From an uncultured Candidatus Entotheonella sp. (lineage in GTDB: Bacteria; Tectomicrobia; Entotheonellia; Entotheonellales; Entotheonellaceae): DNA of 64,000 bases. The stretch spans positions 1,056,001 to 1,120,000 of the forward strand of contig OZ244252.1 of the NCBI GenBank assembly GCA_965217185.1, read 5' to 3'. Under the pieces are notes generated by a model. It ran no database searches, was not told the origin of the DNA, and saw only the letters and a list, made by a program, of their open reading frames with translations. The position numbers and the translations under genes were made by a program. Position 1 is the first letter of the stretch. Every line of letters starts with the position of its first letter. This document shows, piece by piece, positions 1 to 11,402 of this stretch.

Positions 1-989
1 TCCATTATCTGGAGTTGCCACCTCGGATGGAGGTGGAGGTCAATTTCATCGATGAGGACGATAGCTGCTTCAGACAAAGGATTCAGGCTATCAGGGTAAC
101 GTTCGTAGAGACGTGAGGCCAAGTCAATCGTCCAGGCTAGCGTTGTCTGGTAACCGAGACTTAGGCCTGAAAGCGGAACGGGTCCATAGGGCGTTCTGAA
201 TCGGACCCCGCTTGGCTCATCAGGATACCCCAAGACTTTTGGCCCCAAGATCTCGATATCCTGAATATCGGGAAGTATAGCGGCAAGAATCTGTTTGATC
301 CGTTGTAAGCGTTCCTCATCCCGCGGCTTCCCGCTTTTGGCCGCGAGATAGTCGAGGTCCAGTAGAATCTCCTCAGCATCGTAAAGTTCTGTTGAACCAG
401 AGAAAAGCGAGGCCAATGGGTCGGAAAGATCAGCGTTGTCCAGATTTGAGGAACCCATGTAACGGGCGGCGTCGTATGCGAATATTGGAAAATTGAGAAG
501 AGTCATGTCTAGGCGATTAGGGAAACGGTTTTTCGTTGGCACTCGCTTTTGAAGTTTGCCATCCTCGCCTACCATTCGTACATTTGTCTTTATCCTCTGG
601 ACCCCGCGTCTTTGCCGCATCCCTAATCCTTGACCTACGCTGAGGGTTGCCTTGAGGTCCAGTTGAACCTTCGCTTCTAGCCGGAGAAGCGAATCCAATA
701 CCGGATTCTCTTGGTAATCCAAGGCTGGTTCGATCGTATCGGGATCTTTTTCTTTCGTATCGGGATCGTTTTCTTTCGGAGGTTCAAAAGCGGGAACCGG
801 CCGCATCCAGCCCAGACACTGTAACAATGTTGTTTTCCCCACCCCGTTATCTCCAAGGAGCAAGGTCCATTGAGCCAGCCTGCCTTCATCATCCGTGAAT
901 TCGAGTGTCTGGCGTTCTCCAAAGCAGCGCACATTTTTCAACTCGAGAGAGGTGAAATAGATGGGCGGTTGATTTGCAGACTCAGCCAT
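1..989 (-). CDS. ABC/AAA_21-type ATPase (PtuA/OLD-like), partial, runs off the left edge
   Basis: Not in the ORF track because it has no stop in the window. Manual translation from ATG 989: MAESANQPPIYFTSLELKNVRCF...LLLGDNGVGKTTLL (Walker A)...LSLGYQ (ABC signature-like)...IVLIDEIDLHLHPRWQ (Walker B/D-loop). Open to base 1. Confidence 0.9.
   Translation of the reverse strand, partial: MAESANQPPIYFTSLELKNVRCFGERQTLEFTDDEGRLAQWTLLLGDNGVGKTTLLQCLGWMRPVPAFEPPKENDPDTKEKDPDTIEPALDYQENPVLDSLLRLEAKVQLDLKATLSVGQGLGMRQRRGVQRIKTNVRMVGEDGKLQKRVPTKNRFPNRLDMTLLNFPIFAYDAARYMGSSNLDNADLSDPLASLFSGSTELYDAEEILLDLDYLAAKSGKPRDEERLQRIKQILAAILPDIQDIEILGPKVLGYPDEPSGVRFRTPYGPVPLSGLSLGYQTTLAWTIDLASRLYERYPDSLNPLSEAAIVLIDEIDLHLHPRWQLQIM
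734..775. repeat. 21-bp tandem duplication inside the ATPase gene
   Basis: tcgtatcgggatctttttctt / tcgtatcgggatcgttttctt, 1 mismatch; encodes KENDPDT-KEKDPDT. Confidence 0.9.
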
Positions 990-1198
990 AGGTTACCTTT
1001 CTTGGGCTGCTTCAGCAGTTGAGGGCCTGACGCAGCAGAATGTTTCCTTCGTTTCGCAGGCGACAGAAGCATGCCTGAGCAACTTGTCAAGCACCTCGTC
1101 TTAGCAACCCGCCCTATTCCGGAAAATGGTATCTCCCTCCACTGAATAAGAACACCAGACCCTACCATGCTGCGGGCGTCGCCTCAAACGGACCGGGC

Positions 1199-1879
1199 TC
1201 AGGCTTGAAAGACCGCGTCGACGCAGCGCTGCACCCACCCGACCACCGTATCCAACCCCTCGCCGGTCAGCAGGTTGGTGAAGATGAACGGCTGATCGCC
1301 GCGCATCTTGCGGGCGTCGCGGTCCATGACCTGGAGGTCGGCGCCGACGTGGGGGGCGAGGTCGATCTTGTTGATGAGCAGGAGGTCGGAGCGGGTGATG
1401 CCGGGGCCGCCTTTACGGGGGATTTTGTCGCCGGCCGCGACGTCGATGACGTAGATGGTGTAGTCGGCCAGTTCGGGGCTGAAGGTGGCCGCCAGGTTGT
1501 CGCCGCCGCTCTCGACGAAGATGAGCTGCAGGTCGGTAAAGCGCTCCGCCAAGCCGGCCATGGCCTCGAGATTCACGGAGGCGTCTTCCCTGATGGCACT
1601 GTGCGGACAGCCGCCGGTTTCCACGCCGACGATGCGCTCGATATCCAGGGCGCCGCTGCGACAGAGGAATTCGGCGTCTTCTCTCGTGTAGATGTCGTTG
1701 GTGACCACTGCGAGGCGGTAGCTGTCGCGTAATGCCTTGCAAAGCCGGTCCACCAGAGCTGTCTTGCCGGAACCGACCGGCCCGCCGACACCGATTGTCA
1801 GGGGCTTGGGCGCCTTGCCGGGCCAGTCAAACAACGCCGCATGATGGCTGTGCGGCGCCTCTCGATACACGTCGTGCAT
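1199..1879 (-). CDS. ureG: Urease accessory GTPase UreG
   Basis: [19 protein letters not shown] and NKID motifs. Confidence 0.97.
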   Translation of the reverse strand: MHDVYREAPHSHHAALFDWPGKAPKPLTIGVGGPVGSGKTALVDRLCKALRDSYRLAVVTNDIYTREDAEFLCRSGALDIERIVGVETGGCPHSAIREDASVNLEAMAGLAERFTDLQLIFVESGGDNLAATFSPELADYTIYVIDVAAGDKIPRKGGPGITRSDLLLINKIDLAPHVGADLQVMDRDARKMRGDQPFIFTNLLTGEGLDTVVGWVQRCVDAVFQA

Positions 1880-1914
1880 CCTGTTTCTCCCTCATGCGTG
1901 AATGAATTCTGCTC

Positions 1915-2643
1915 TCACGAACGGCACAGGCGGGAATACAGCCGCTCGTGCTGCATGCTGCGAATGTCCAGCCCTGGCGCGCCGTTCCAGGCGTCTTCTG
2001 GGGTGAGGTGGGCGTAGCGCTGCACCAACTCCAGACAACACGGCTGCAATTCGTGCAGCAGCCGCTGACCGTCGGATTGGCCAAGCGGCACCAGCCGGAC
2101 GGCGGCGGCGGTCAGGCTGGCGGCCACCGTGTAGAGATAGGCCAGCAAGAAACTTGTCTCCGGCAACCCCAACTCGTGCGCTGCCAGACCGAAAACGACA
2201 GCGTGATGACCTGGCGTCTCGCCCTGCTGCACCTGCTCCCAGAAGCCCCGCACCAAGCGCGGCGGAGATAGCGCCATAGAGGCGCGCATGAACGATCTGC
2301 CGACGTGCTGGCTCTCCAGGCGTAATTCGCGCGGCACCTTCGTGGCGGCCAGCAAATGGTCGAGGTCTATCAGGGACGACAGTTTGACGTCGGCGACCTC
2401 GGGCCCGGCGGCAAGACGATGGGCGTGGGCGCAGAACACCACGTCGGTGGGGCCGATGGCGTGGGTGAACAGGTCGGCGAACAACTGTTGGCAGGAAGCG
2501 CGGTCGCGCACCAAACCCGCCGCCACGTACATCTCCAGGGCATGCGAAAAGGCGAAACCGCCGGTGGGAAAGAATTGATCGCTGGTTTGCAGCAGGTGCC
2601 ACAGGGCTTGGCCGCTGGGGAGGGTCTGCGCGCCTGTGAACAC
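1915..2643 (-). CDS. ureF: Urease accessory protein UreF
   Basis: LQTSDQFFPTGGFAFSHALE start and HERLYSRLCRS end; likely GTG start 2643 just after the ureC stop. Confidence 0.92.
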   Translation of the reverse strand: MFTGAQTLPSGQALWHLLQTSDQFFPTGGFAFSHALEMYVAAGLVRDRASCQQLFADLFTHAIGPTDVVFCAHAHRLAAGPEVADVKLSSLIDLDHLLAATKVPRELRLESQHVGRSFMRASMALSPPRLVRGFWEQVQQGETPGHHAVVFGLAAHELGLPETSFLLAYLYTVAASLTAAAVRLVPLGQSDGQRLLHELQPCCLELVQRYAHLTPEDAWNGAPGLDIRSMQHERLYSRLCRS

Positions 2644-2650
2644 TGGCGCC

Positions 2651-4362
<1,712 letters not shown>

Positions 4363-4366
<4 letters not shown>

Positions 4367-4755
4367 GCCTGCCCTCCTCCCTGTTCCGCCTCGGCGTTGC
4401 CGAATCCCTCGCTCAGCGCGCGGGCCAGCGCCTCGGCGCGCCGCTCGTCGGTCAGCGGGCCGTTGCACAGGTTGTTGACGCCGTACATTTCGCGCCGACC
4501 GGCAAAGGCGACGAGCGTCACCTGCTTGCGGTCGCCCGGTTCGAACCGTACGGCGGTGCCGGCGGGGATGTTGAGGTGCATGCCGAAGGCCGCGGCGCGG
4601 GGAAACACGAGCGCCTTGTTGACCTCGAAGAAATGCACGTGCGAGCCCACCTGAATCGGGCGATCGCCGTGGTTGGCGACTTCCACCTCGGCGGTGTCAC
4701 GATCCACGTTTGCCTGTACCGGCTCGGCGCGTAAGATGTACTCACCTGGATTCAT
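4363..4755 (-). CDS. ureB: Urease beta subunit
   Basis: [29 protein letters not shown]. Confidence 0.97.
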
Positions 4756-5075
4756 TGCTCTTGCCCCTCCCCTGCCCGCAGCGGATCGTGCACCGTCACC
4801 AGCTTGGTGCCGTCCGGGAAGGTTGCCTCCACCTGCACTTCGGTGAGCATAGCCGGAACGCCCTCCATGACCTCATCGTGGCGCAGAATCTGCCCGCCGT
4901 AGCGCATCAACTCCGCCACCGAGCGCCCGTCGCGGGCGCCTTCCATGATCTCCGCGGTGATCAGGGCCATCGCCTCCGGGTAGTTCAGTTTCAAACCTCT
5001 CTCCCGGCGGCGGCGTGCTACGTCCGCAGCCACGAACACCAGCAGTTTGTCCACTTCGCGCGGTGTCAAGTGCAT
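4752..5075 (-). CDS. ureA: Urease gamma subunit
   Basis: [11 protein letters not shown]...LKLNYPEA...[16 protein letters not shown]; true start ATG 5075 inside the longer track ORF. Confidence 0.97.
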   Translation of the reverse strand: MHLTPREVDKLLVFVAADVARRRRERGLKLNYPEAMALITAEIMEGARDGRSVAELMRYGGQILRHDEVMEGVPAMLTEVQVEATFPDGTKLVTVHDPLRAGEGQEQ

Positions 5076-5101
5076 GCGACAAGTCCTCCCCGCAGTCCAC
5101 C

Positions 5102-6439
5102 CTACAACGTGTAGCCGGCCTCGTTGTGCTGACTCAGGTCGAGGCCCATTTGCTCGTCTTCCTGCGAAACCCGCAGGCCAACCGTCATATCCAGGACCTT
5201 GAGGATGATCCAGGTCACTACAGCGGCGTACACGCAGGTCGCGACGACGCTGACAATCTGCGGCCCCATCTGCGCCACGTTGCCGAAAAACAGGCCGTTC
5301 GTGCCGCCAATCGCGGCGGCGGCAAACAGGCCGGTCGCAATGGCACCCCAGGCGCCGCCGACCCCATGCACGCCAACAACGTCCAGCGAATCGTCGTAGC
5401 CCAGACGGACCTTGATGACCACGGCGCCGAAGCACAACAAACCGGCGACGATGCCGATGAGGACTGCCGAAAGCGGCCCGACAAAGCCCGCCGCCGGGGT
5501 GATCGCTACCAACCCCGCGACCGCGCCGGTCGCGGCCCCCAGCATGGTGGGCTTGCCGGAGTGGCGCCACTCGGCGAACATCCAGGTCATCGCTGCAGCC
5601 GCGGCCGCCGTATTGGTGCTGACAAAAGCGAAGGCCGCTGTCTCGTTGGCGCCCAGGGCGCTGCCGGCGTTGAAACCGAACCACCCGACCCAGAGCAGGG
5701 CGGCGCCAACGACGGCAAGCGGCAGGTTGTGCGGCGGCATTTGCTCATCCGGAAAACCGCGGCGTTTGCCCAGCACGATGGCGCATACCAGCGCGGAGAC
5801 GCCGGAACTGATGTGCACCACGGTACCGCCGGCAAAATCCAGCGCCCCCATGGCGCCGAGCCACCCGCCGCCCCATACCCAGTGGGCCAGCGGGTCGTAC
5901 ACCAAGGTGCTCCACAGCAGGCCGAAGATCAGGAAGGCGGAAAACTTCATGCGCTCGGCAAAGGCGCCCGTGATGAGCGCCGGGGTGATGGCCGCGAACA
6001 TGCCCTGAAACGCCATGAACGCTAGGTGCGGAATGGTGTCGGCATACGGGCCGGGCTCGCCCCCTACTCCTATCAGGCCGAGATAATCGAGGTTGCCGAT
6101 CACGCCGCCAATATCCGGGCCAAAGGCGAGGCTGTAGCCCCACAACACCCACTGTACGCTGATCATGGCCAGCAGAATAAAGCTCTGCATCAGGGTGGCC
6201 AGCACGTTCTTGCGGCGCACCAAGCCGCCGTAGAACAGCGCCAGGCCCGGCGCCACCATCATCAAGACGAGCACCGACGAGGTCAGCACCCAGGCCGTGT
6301 CGCCCGCGCTGCCGACAACTCGGGCAGACTCTTCCTGCGCCTGCACCACGCCCGGCGTCAGACACATCAGCAGGCCAAAACACGTCCCTATCGTGGTAAA
6401 AACCTGAATCCGCACTTTGTCAATCAGCCTCGCGAACAT
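5102..6439 (-). CDS. amtB: Ammonium transporter (Amt family)
   Basis: [17 protein letters not shown] and [11 protein letters not shown] (twin His retained); N-terminal signal-like segment. Confidence 0.96.
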   Translation of the reverse strand: MFARLIDKVRIQVFTTIGTCFGLLMCLTPGVVQAQEESARVVGSAGDTAWVLTSSVLVLMMVAPGLALFYGGLVRRKNVLATLMQSFILLAMISVQWVLWGYSLAFGPDIGGVIGNLDYLGLIGVGGEPGPYADTIPHLAFMAFQGMFAAITPALITGAFAERMKFSAFLIFGLLWSTLVYDPLAHWVWGGGWLGAMGALDFAGGTVVHISSGVSALVCAIVLGKRRGFPDEQMPPHNLPLAVVGAALLWVGWFGFNAGSALGANETAAFAFVSTNTAAAAAAMTWMFAEWRHSGKPTMLGAATGAVAGLVAITPAAGFVGPLSAVLIGIVAGLLCFGAVVIKVRLGYDDSLDVVGVHGVGGAWGAIATGLFAAAAIGGTNGLFFGNVAQMGPQIVSVVATCVYAAVVTWIILKVLDMTVGLRVSQEDEQMGLDLSQHNEAGYTL

Positions 6440-6512
6440 CGTTTCCCCCCTATGTTTCTGCCGGACGCGCAGATCTCGGCGCCCTTCTCTCCCTCTCTCT
6501 CCCTGCCCGCGG

Positions 6513-7400
6513 CTATTTGCGCCATCTCACCGCCGGATATCCCAACAGGCACCGCCGTGCCCGATCCCATACGGCATGTAAGGTACAGCTTACCGTGGCA
6601 TGGTCCTCAGCCAGGAGGCGGACAACAGCACCACCCCGTTCCAGAGCCGTAGCACCCCCGATACAACGCGGGCGATCCGCCACGAGGCGGTGCAGATCGT
6701 CGGCCAACTCGCCCGCTGCGCCGCAGGACTCGCTCAATACGTACAGGGTGCCCAGGTAGTTGAAGCCTTCTAGCAGCCCCAAGCCGCTTCCACCGTCCCA
6801 GCTTAGCGGCTGCAATCGGGTGCGCTCGCGCAACAACACCCGGCCTTGTGTGTCCAACACGCTTAACCCGGAACTGTAGTCGCGATACGCGAATGCCTCG
6901 CCGCGCGCCAAACGCCCCGGTGCAACGATCTCCATCAGCACGGCAACGGCGCCGCTGCCGAGATGCACCGACATTTCTTGGTGAAACGCGGATCGGGCGA
7001 AGGGAATGATCTGCTCCGGCAGGTACTCGAAGACAGCCCCGGCTTGCAGAATGACCTCGAAACGCTGGCGTGCCATGCTGTCCGGCGAGGCATAAAGCTT
7101 GGTTGCCGACGCCGTGGTCATGCAGGCACGAGCACCGGCTTCCAGCGTGACCATGATCGCGTAACGGTCACCGCCGACCACCCCACCGCCAGGACTCAGC
7201 AGGTAGATGTAAGCCGTACCGGTGTCGTCCAGATAGTAGGGCCGCATGATCTGCAACGGGGTTCGGAAGTAGGCGTCCCGCACCACGGTGCGTTGCCCCG
7301 ACTGCCGCAGGCTGAGTTCTACGACACCCCTGTTCAGCGGTCGCCGGCTTTCAGTCACCTGTTCCTCGTTGTCGTTCCAGATTTCTATACGGTTCATCAA
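6513..7400 (-). CDS. ureD: Urease accessory protein UreD
   Basis: PLQIMRP, SPGGGVVGGD, TTASATKLY and GRLARGEAF motifs; start codon uncertain (7397 or 7400). Confidence 0.93.
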   Translation of the reverse strand: MMNRIEIWNDNEEQVTESRRPLNRGVVELSLRQSGQRTVVRDAYFRTPLQIMRPYYLDDTGTAYIYLLSPGGGVVGGDRYAIMVTLEAGARACMTTASATKLYASPDSMARQRFEVILQAGAVFEYLPEQIIPFARSAFHQEMSVHLGSGAVAVLMEIVAPGRLARGEAFAYRDYSSGLSVLDTQGRVLLRERTRLQPLSWDGGSGLGLLEGFNYLGTLYVLSESCGAAGELADDLHRLVADRPRCIGGATALERGGAVVRLLAEDHATVSCTLHAVWDRARRCLLGYPAVRWRK

Positions 7401-7464
7401 CGTTCAATGTCGTACCCTGCCGGCGGGCGGGCAGGATACCACAAAGCTTTGGGGGCATCCACAG

Positions 7465-7480
7465 AGCAGATCAGCCGCCA
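7465..7480 (-). promoter_or_regulatory. Possible sigma54 -24/-12 promoter for the urease/amt operon
   Basis: TGGCGGCTGATCTGCT has GG-N10-GC spacing about 65 bp upstream of ureD; imperfect match to consensus. Confidence 0.3.
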
Positions 7481-7602
7481 GACGCAACGATTTGCGCCTG
7501 CCTGTTTGACGCCGTATGCTACTGTCGCGCGACTGGCGGAAGGCCGTAACGGTGCGCCGGAGTTCACGGCGAGGAGGTTTCGGGAAACAGAGGAGAAACA
7601 TC

Positions 7603-8250
7603 ATGCCCGAGGAAACCGACCTGTTTCACATCATCCATACCACTCGCGCCATGCGCCGCCTGAAGCCGGATCCGGTGCCCGATGCGCTGATCCGCCGCAT
7701 CCTCGAAGCGGGCATCGCCGCCGCGAATGGCAGCAATCGGCAGACCTGGCGCTTCCTGGTGATCAAAGATGAGAAAATCAAGAAGCAGGTGCAAATCTTC
7801 TACAAACGCGCTTTCGACGAAGTGGTTGGGCCGCGTTATTTCGCCAGCGAGCCGCCGCCGAGCGTGACGCGCGAACGCTACATGCGTCAGCACGCCGCGG
7901 TGGCGTATTTGACGGACCATTTCCACGAAGCGCCGGTATGGATCGTGGCTTGCCTCGACGAGGGGACGGCGCAGCCCAGCCGCATGTCCGGCGCCTCCAT
8001 CTACCCGGCGGTGCAGAACATGCTGCTTGCCGTCCGCGCCCTGGGGCTCGGCACCACCCTGACGACGCGCCACCTGCTGCACGAAGAGGAAGCCGAGGCG
8101 GCGCTCGGCCTGCCCGCCGGGGTTCATTCGTATGCCATCCTGCCGATCGGCTACCCCATGGGCCGCTTCGGACCCGTCAGCCGCGGCCCCTTGGAAGATA
8201 TCGTCTACGAGGACGAATGGGGCAAGCCGTACTCCGGTCTGCAGTCGTAA
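7603..8250 (+). CDS. Nitroreductase family protein
   Basis: TRAMRRLKPDPV, AANGSNRQTWRF and QNMLLAVRALGLG; AGGAG RBS before ATG 7603. Confidence 0.92.
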   Translation: MPEETDLFHIIHTTRAMRRLKPDPVPDALIRRILEAGIAAANGSNRQTWRFLVIKDEKIKKQVQIFYKRAFDEVVGPRYFASEPPPSVTRERYMRQHAAVAYLTDHFHEAPVWIVACLDEGTAQPSRMSGASIYPAVQNMLLAVRALGLGTTLTTRHLLHEEEAEAALGLPAGVHSYAILPIGYPMGRFGPVSRGPLEDIVYEDEWGKPYSGLQS

Positions 8251-8281
8251 GCCGATTTACCACCTCACCGATGGAGCCTTC

Positions 8282-9076
8282 ATGTCCACGACCGACCCGA
8301 TTCTCCTGACCATTGATGGGGCGATCGCCACCGTCACCTTTAACCGGCCCGGACGGCGCAACGCCATCACCTTCGCCATGTGGAACCACTTGCAGCGCCT
8401 GCTGGTCGATTTGAAAGAGACCCCGGCGGTGCGCGCCATCGTCTTTCGAGGGGCCGGCGGCGAGGCGTTTTCGGCCGGCGCGGACATCAGCGAATTCGCC
8501 ACGCACCGCAACAATGCCGCCAAGGCCACGCTGTACAACGCCGCCTTTGATGCCGCTATGGACCTGGCGGAGGCCGTTGGAAAACCGACCCTTTGCCTGA
8601 TCGAGGGTGCCTGCGTCGGCGGCGGCTGCGAGTTCAGCACCGCTTGCGACATCCGCATCGCGTCGGAAACCGCCCGCATGGGCGTGCCGATAGCACGGCT
8701 CGGGTTGCCGATTGCCTACCGCGAAATGCGCCGCATGGTACGCCTCATCGGGCACGCCAAGACTATGGAACTGCTGCTCACCGCCGCCATTATTCCGGCC
8801 GCGGAAGCGCACGCCATTGGCCTCGTCAACCACGTTGTGCCGACAGAAGAAGTGGCGGCGTTTACCTACGACATGGCGAACGAGATTGCGGCCTTGGCGC
8901 CGGTGGTGCACCGCGTGCACAAGGAAATTCTGCAAACCGTCCTGGAGCACCCGGCGTTGGAGGAACTGACACCGGCCCATCAGGCGCTGGCGGTGTCGCC
9001 CTACGAAACGGAGGATTTTCAGGAGGGATGGCGCGCCTTCCTGGAGAAACGCCCGCCGCAGTTCCAGGGCCGTTAG
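8282..9076 (+). CDS. Enoyl-CoA hydratase/isomerase
   Basis: FSAGADISEF, GACVGGGCE, EDFQEG..AFLEKRPPQF. Confidence 0.93.
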   Translation: MSTTDPILLTIDGAIATVTFNRPGRRNAITFAMWNHLQRLLVDLKETPAVRAIVFRGAGGEAFSAGADISEFATHRNNAAKATLYNAAFDAAMDLAEAVGKPTLCLIEGACVGGGCEFSTACDIRIASETARMGVPIARLGLPIAYREMRRMVRLIGHAKTMELLLTAAIIPAAEAHAIGLVNHVVPTEEVAAFTYDMANEIAALAPVVHRVHKEILQTVLEHPALEELTPAHQALAVSPYETEDFQEGWRAFLEKRPPQFQGR

Positions 9077-9202
9077 CGCGGCCGGCGCGGGGGAAGAAAA
9101 AACAACCTTCATGCTGTATGATGGGCGCCTTCAGGGCTTTGGCGCAGAAACCAATTACCGTCCGGGCTTGTCAATGGGGGCCGGGTTGTACAAAGGGGAG
9201 AC

Positions 9203-10444
9203 ATGATGGACAGGCGTGTGGTTGTTACGGGACTTGGAGCAATGACACCTCTGGGGACTGAGGTTGATACCGTCTGGCAGCGGCTTTGCCGCGGCGAGTC
9301 GGGAATTGGCCCCATCACGCGGTTCGACGCCACCGCCTACCCCGCCCACATCGCCGGAGAAGTCCGCGAGTTCGATCCCGCCAAATACCTGGACAAGCAC
9401 GACATCCGCCGTACCGACCGATTTTGCCAACTCGCCATCGCAGCCAGCCAAGAAGCGGTGAACGACGCGGACCTCAATGTCGATGAAGGCGCCGGCCACC
9501 GCACCGGCGTGTACATCGGCACCGCCATGGGTGGGTTGGAATCCCTCGAGACCGTGCACAGCGTGTTGCTGGAAAAGGGACCGAAACGGGTGTCGCCCAT
9601 GTTCCCCACCATGCTGTTGGGCAACCTCGCGTCGGGTCACGTGTCCATGCGCTTCGGGGCCACCGGACCCAACAACAGCAGCGTGACGGCGTGTGCTGCC
9701 GGCGCCCACTCGATTGGCGAGGCGTTTCACACCATTTTGCGCGGCGCTGCCGACGTGATGATTGCGGGCGGCACGGAAGCGACGATCACGCCGCTGGCCA
9801 TCAGTTCGTTTGGCAACATGCGCGCCTTGTCGCCGCAGTCGGACGTCCCTGCCGCGGTAAGCCGGCCGTTTGATCGCGACCGAGACGGTTTTGTGATGTC
9901 CGAGGGAGCCGCTGTTGTGGTTCTGGAGGAACTGCAGTACGCCAGGCGACGCGGCGCCCCGGTCTATGCCGAACTCGTCGGCTACGGCAGCGCCTCCGAT
10001 GCCCATCACATCACGGCACCGCCGCCCGATGGCGCCGGCGCCTGCGCCTGCATGGCCGCAGCCCTGCAGGACGCCGGCCTGTCGCCCGATGCCGTGGATT
10101 ACATCAACGCCCACGCCACATCGACACCGATCGGCGACGTGTCCGAGACCATGGCCATTAAATCCGTGTTCAAGGACCGCGCTTATTCGCTGCCGATCAG
10201 CGCCACCAAATCCATGACCGGCCACATGCTGGGCGCCGCTGGGGCAATCGAGTCGATTTTCACGATCCTGGCCTTGCGCCAGGGTATCCTGCCGCCAACG
10301 ATCAACTACGAGCACCCAGACCCGCGTTGCGATCTGGATTATGTGCCCAACGAGGCCCGGCAGGCTGCCCTGCGCATTGCCATGTCCAACGCCTTCGGCT
10401 TCGGCGGCACCAACGCCTCGTTGGTCTTTCGGGCGTTTGACTAA
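9203..10444 (+). CDS. fabF: 3-oxoacyl-ACP synthase II
   Basis: TACAAG, INAHATST, KSMTGHMLGAAG and SNAFGFGG motifs. Confidence 0.95.
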   Translation: MMDRRVVVTGLGAMTPLGTEVDTVWQRLCRGESGIGPITRFDATAYPAHIAGEVREFDPAKYLDKHDIRRTDRFCQLAIAASQEAVNDADLNVDEGAGHRTGVYIGTAMGGLESLETVHSVLLEKGPKRVSPMFPTMLLGNLASGHVSMRFGATGPNNSSVTACAAGAHSIGEAFHTILRGAADVMIAGGTEATITPLAISSFGNMRALSPQSDVPAAVSRPFDRDRDGFVMSEGAAVVVLEELQYARRRGAPVYAELVGYGSASDAHHITAPPPDGAGACACMAAALQDAGLSPDAVDYINAHATSTPIGDVSETMAIKSVFKDRAYSLPISATKSMTGHMLGAAGAIESIFTILALRQGILPPTINYEHPDPRCDLDYVPNEARQAALRIAMSNAFGFGGTNASLVFRAFD

Positions 10445-10463
10445 AGGTTTTCAGGAGAACGTT

Positions 10464-11402
10464 TTGGTTACTGCACGTCCCCTTTCCCCACCCTCTGAAG
10501 CCCCGAAACTGGCTTCCGTCGAGAGCGTCATCGAGCTGTTCGGCGGCGCCGATTACGTGTGTGGTAAGGACGTTGCCACCGCCGTTTACCTGATGACGCA
10601 ATTGCAGCGTCCGTTGCTCATCGAAGGGCCGCCCGGGGTCGGCAAAACGGAACTGGCGAAGGTGCTGGCAGACACCACCGGGCGCGAGCTCATTCGCCTG
10701 CAGTGTTACGAGGGGCTGGATGAGACGAAAGCGCTGTACGAGTGGGAGTACAGTAAGCAGTTACTCTACGTGCAGATGCTCAAGGAACGGCTGGGAAGCC
10801 TGCTGGCCAACGCCAATTCCCTGAACGAGGCGGTGGCGCACCTGCAACATCAGGAGAGCGCTTTCTTTTCGCGCCACTTCCTGTTGCCGCGGCCGCTGCT
10901 GCAAGCCATCGTGTCGCCGCTGCCAACGGTTTTGTTGATTGACGAAATTGACCGCGCGGACCAGGAATTCGAGGCCTTTCTGCTCGAGATACTCAGCGAT
11001 TTTCAGGTCAGCATTCCGGAGATCGGCACGCTGTGCGCCAATCAGAAGCCGCACGTCCTACTCACCAGCAACGCCACCCGTAGCCTCTCGGAAGCCCTCA
11101 AGCGGCGCTGCTTTTACCTCTACATCGACCAGCCGACCTTTGACGTCGAGCTGCAGATCGTGCAGCGCAAGGTGCCCGGCATCGACCATCATCTGGCCAC
11201 GCACATCGTGCAGTTCATCCAGCGTGTGCGGAAACTCCAACTGCGCAAAGCGCCCAGCATCAGCGAAACCCTGGATTGGGCTCTGGCGCTCGTGGTGCTC
11301 GGTGCTAACGTGCTGTCCCGCCAACTCATCGTCGATACGCTCAACATCCTGCTGAAAGACAAAGACGACATCGCCCGCGTGTTGCAAGACGTAAAGCGAT
11401 GA
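10464..11402 (+). CDS. MoxR family AAA+ ATPase (CoxD-like)
   Basis: GPPGVGKT, RLQCYEGLDE, LLIDEIDRAD; probable TTG start 10464 after AGGAG. Confidence 0.9.
   Translation: MVTARPLSPPSEAPKLASVESVIELFGGADYVCGKDVATAVYLMTQLQRPLLIEGPPGVGKTELAKVLADTTGRELIRLQCYEGLDETKALYEWEYSKQLLYVQMLKERLGSLLANANSLNEAVAHLQHQESAFFSRHFLLPRPLLQAIVSPLPTVLLIDEIDRADQEFEAFLLEILSDFQVSIPEIGTLCANQKPHVLLTSNATRSLSEALKRRCFYLYIDQPTFDVELQIVQRKVPGIDHHLATHIVQFIQRVRKLQLRKAPSISETLDWALALVVLGANVLSRQLIVDTLNILLKDKDDIARVLQDVKR

Noticed and set aside
161..1168. Short track ORFs 161-379, 677-934 and 938-1168
   Set aside because: Alternative frames overlapping the real ATPase gene (1-989, minus strand)
9203..10444. fabF as part of a type II PKS cluster
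   Set aside because: No ACP, chain-length factor or tailoring genes nearby
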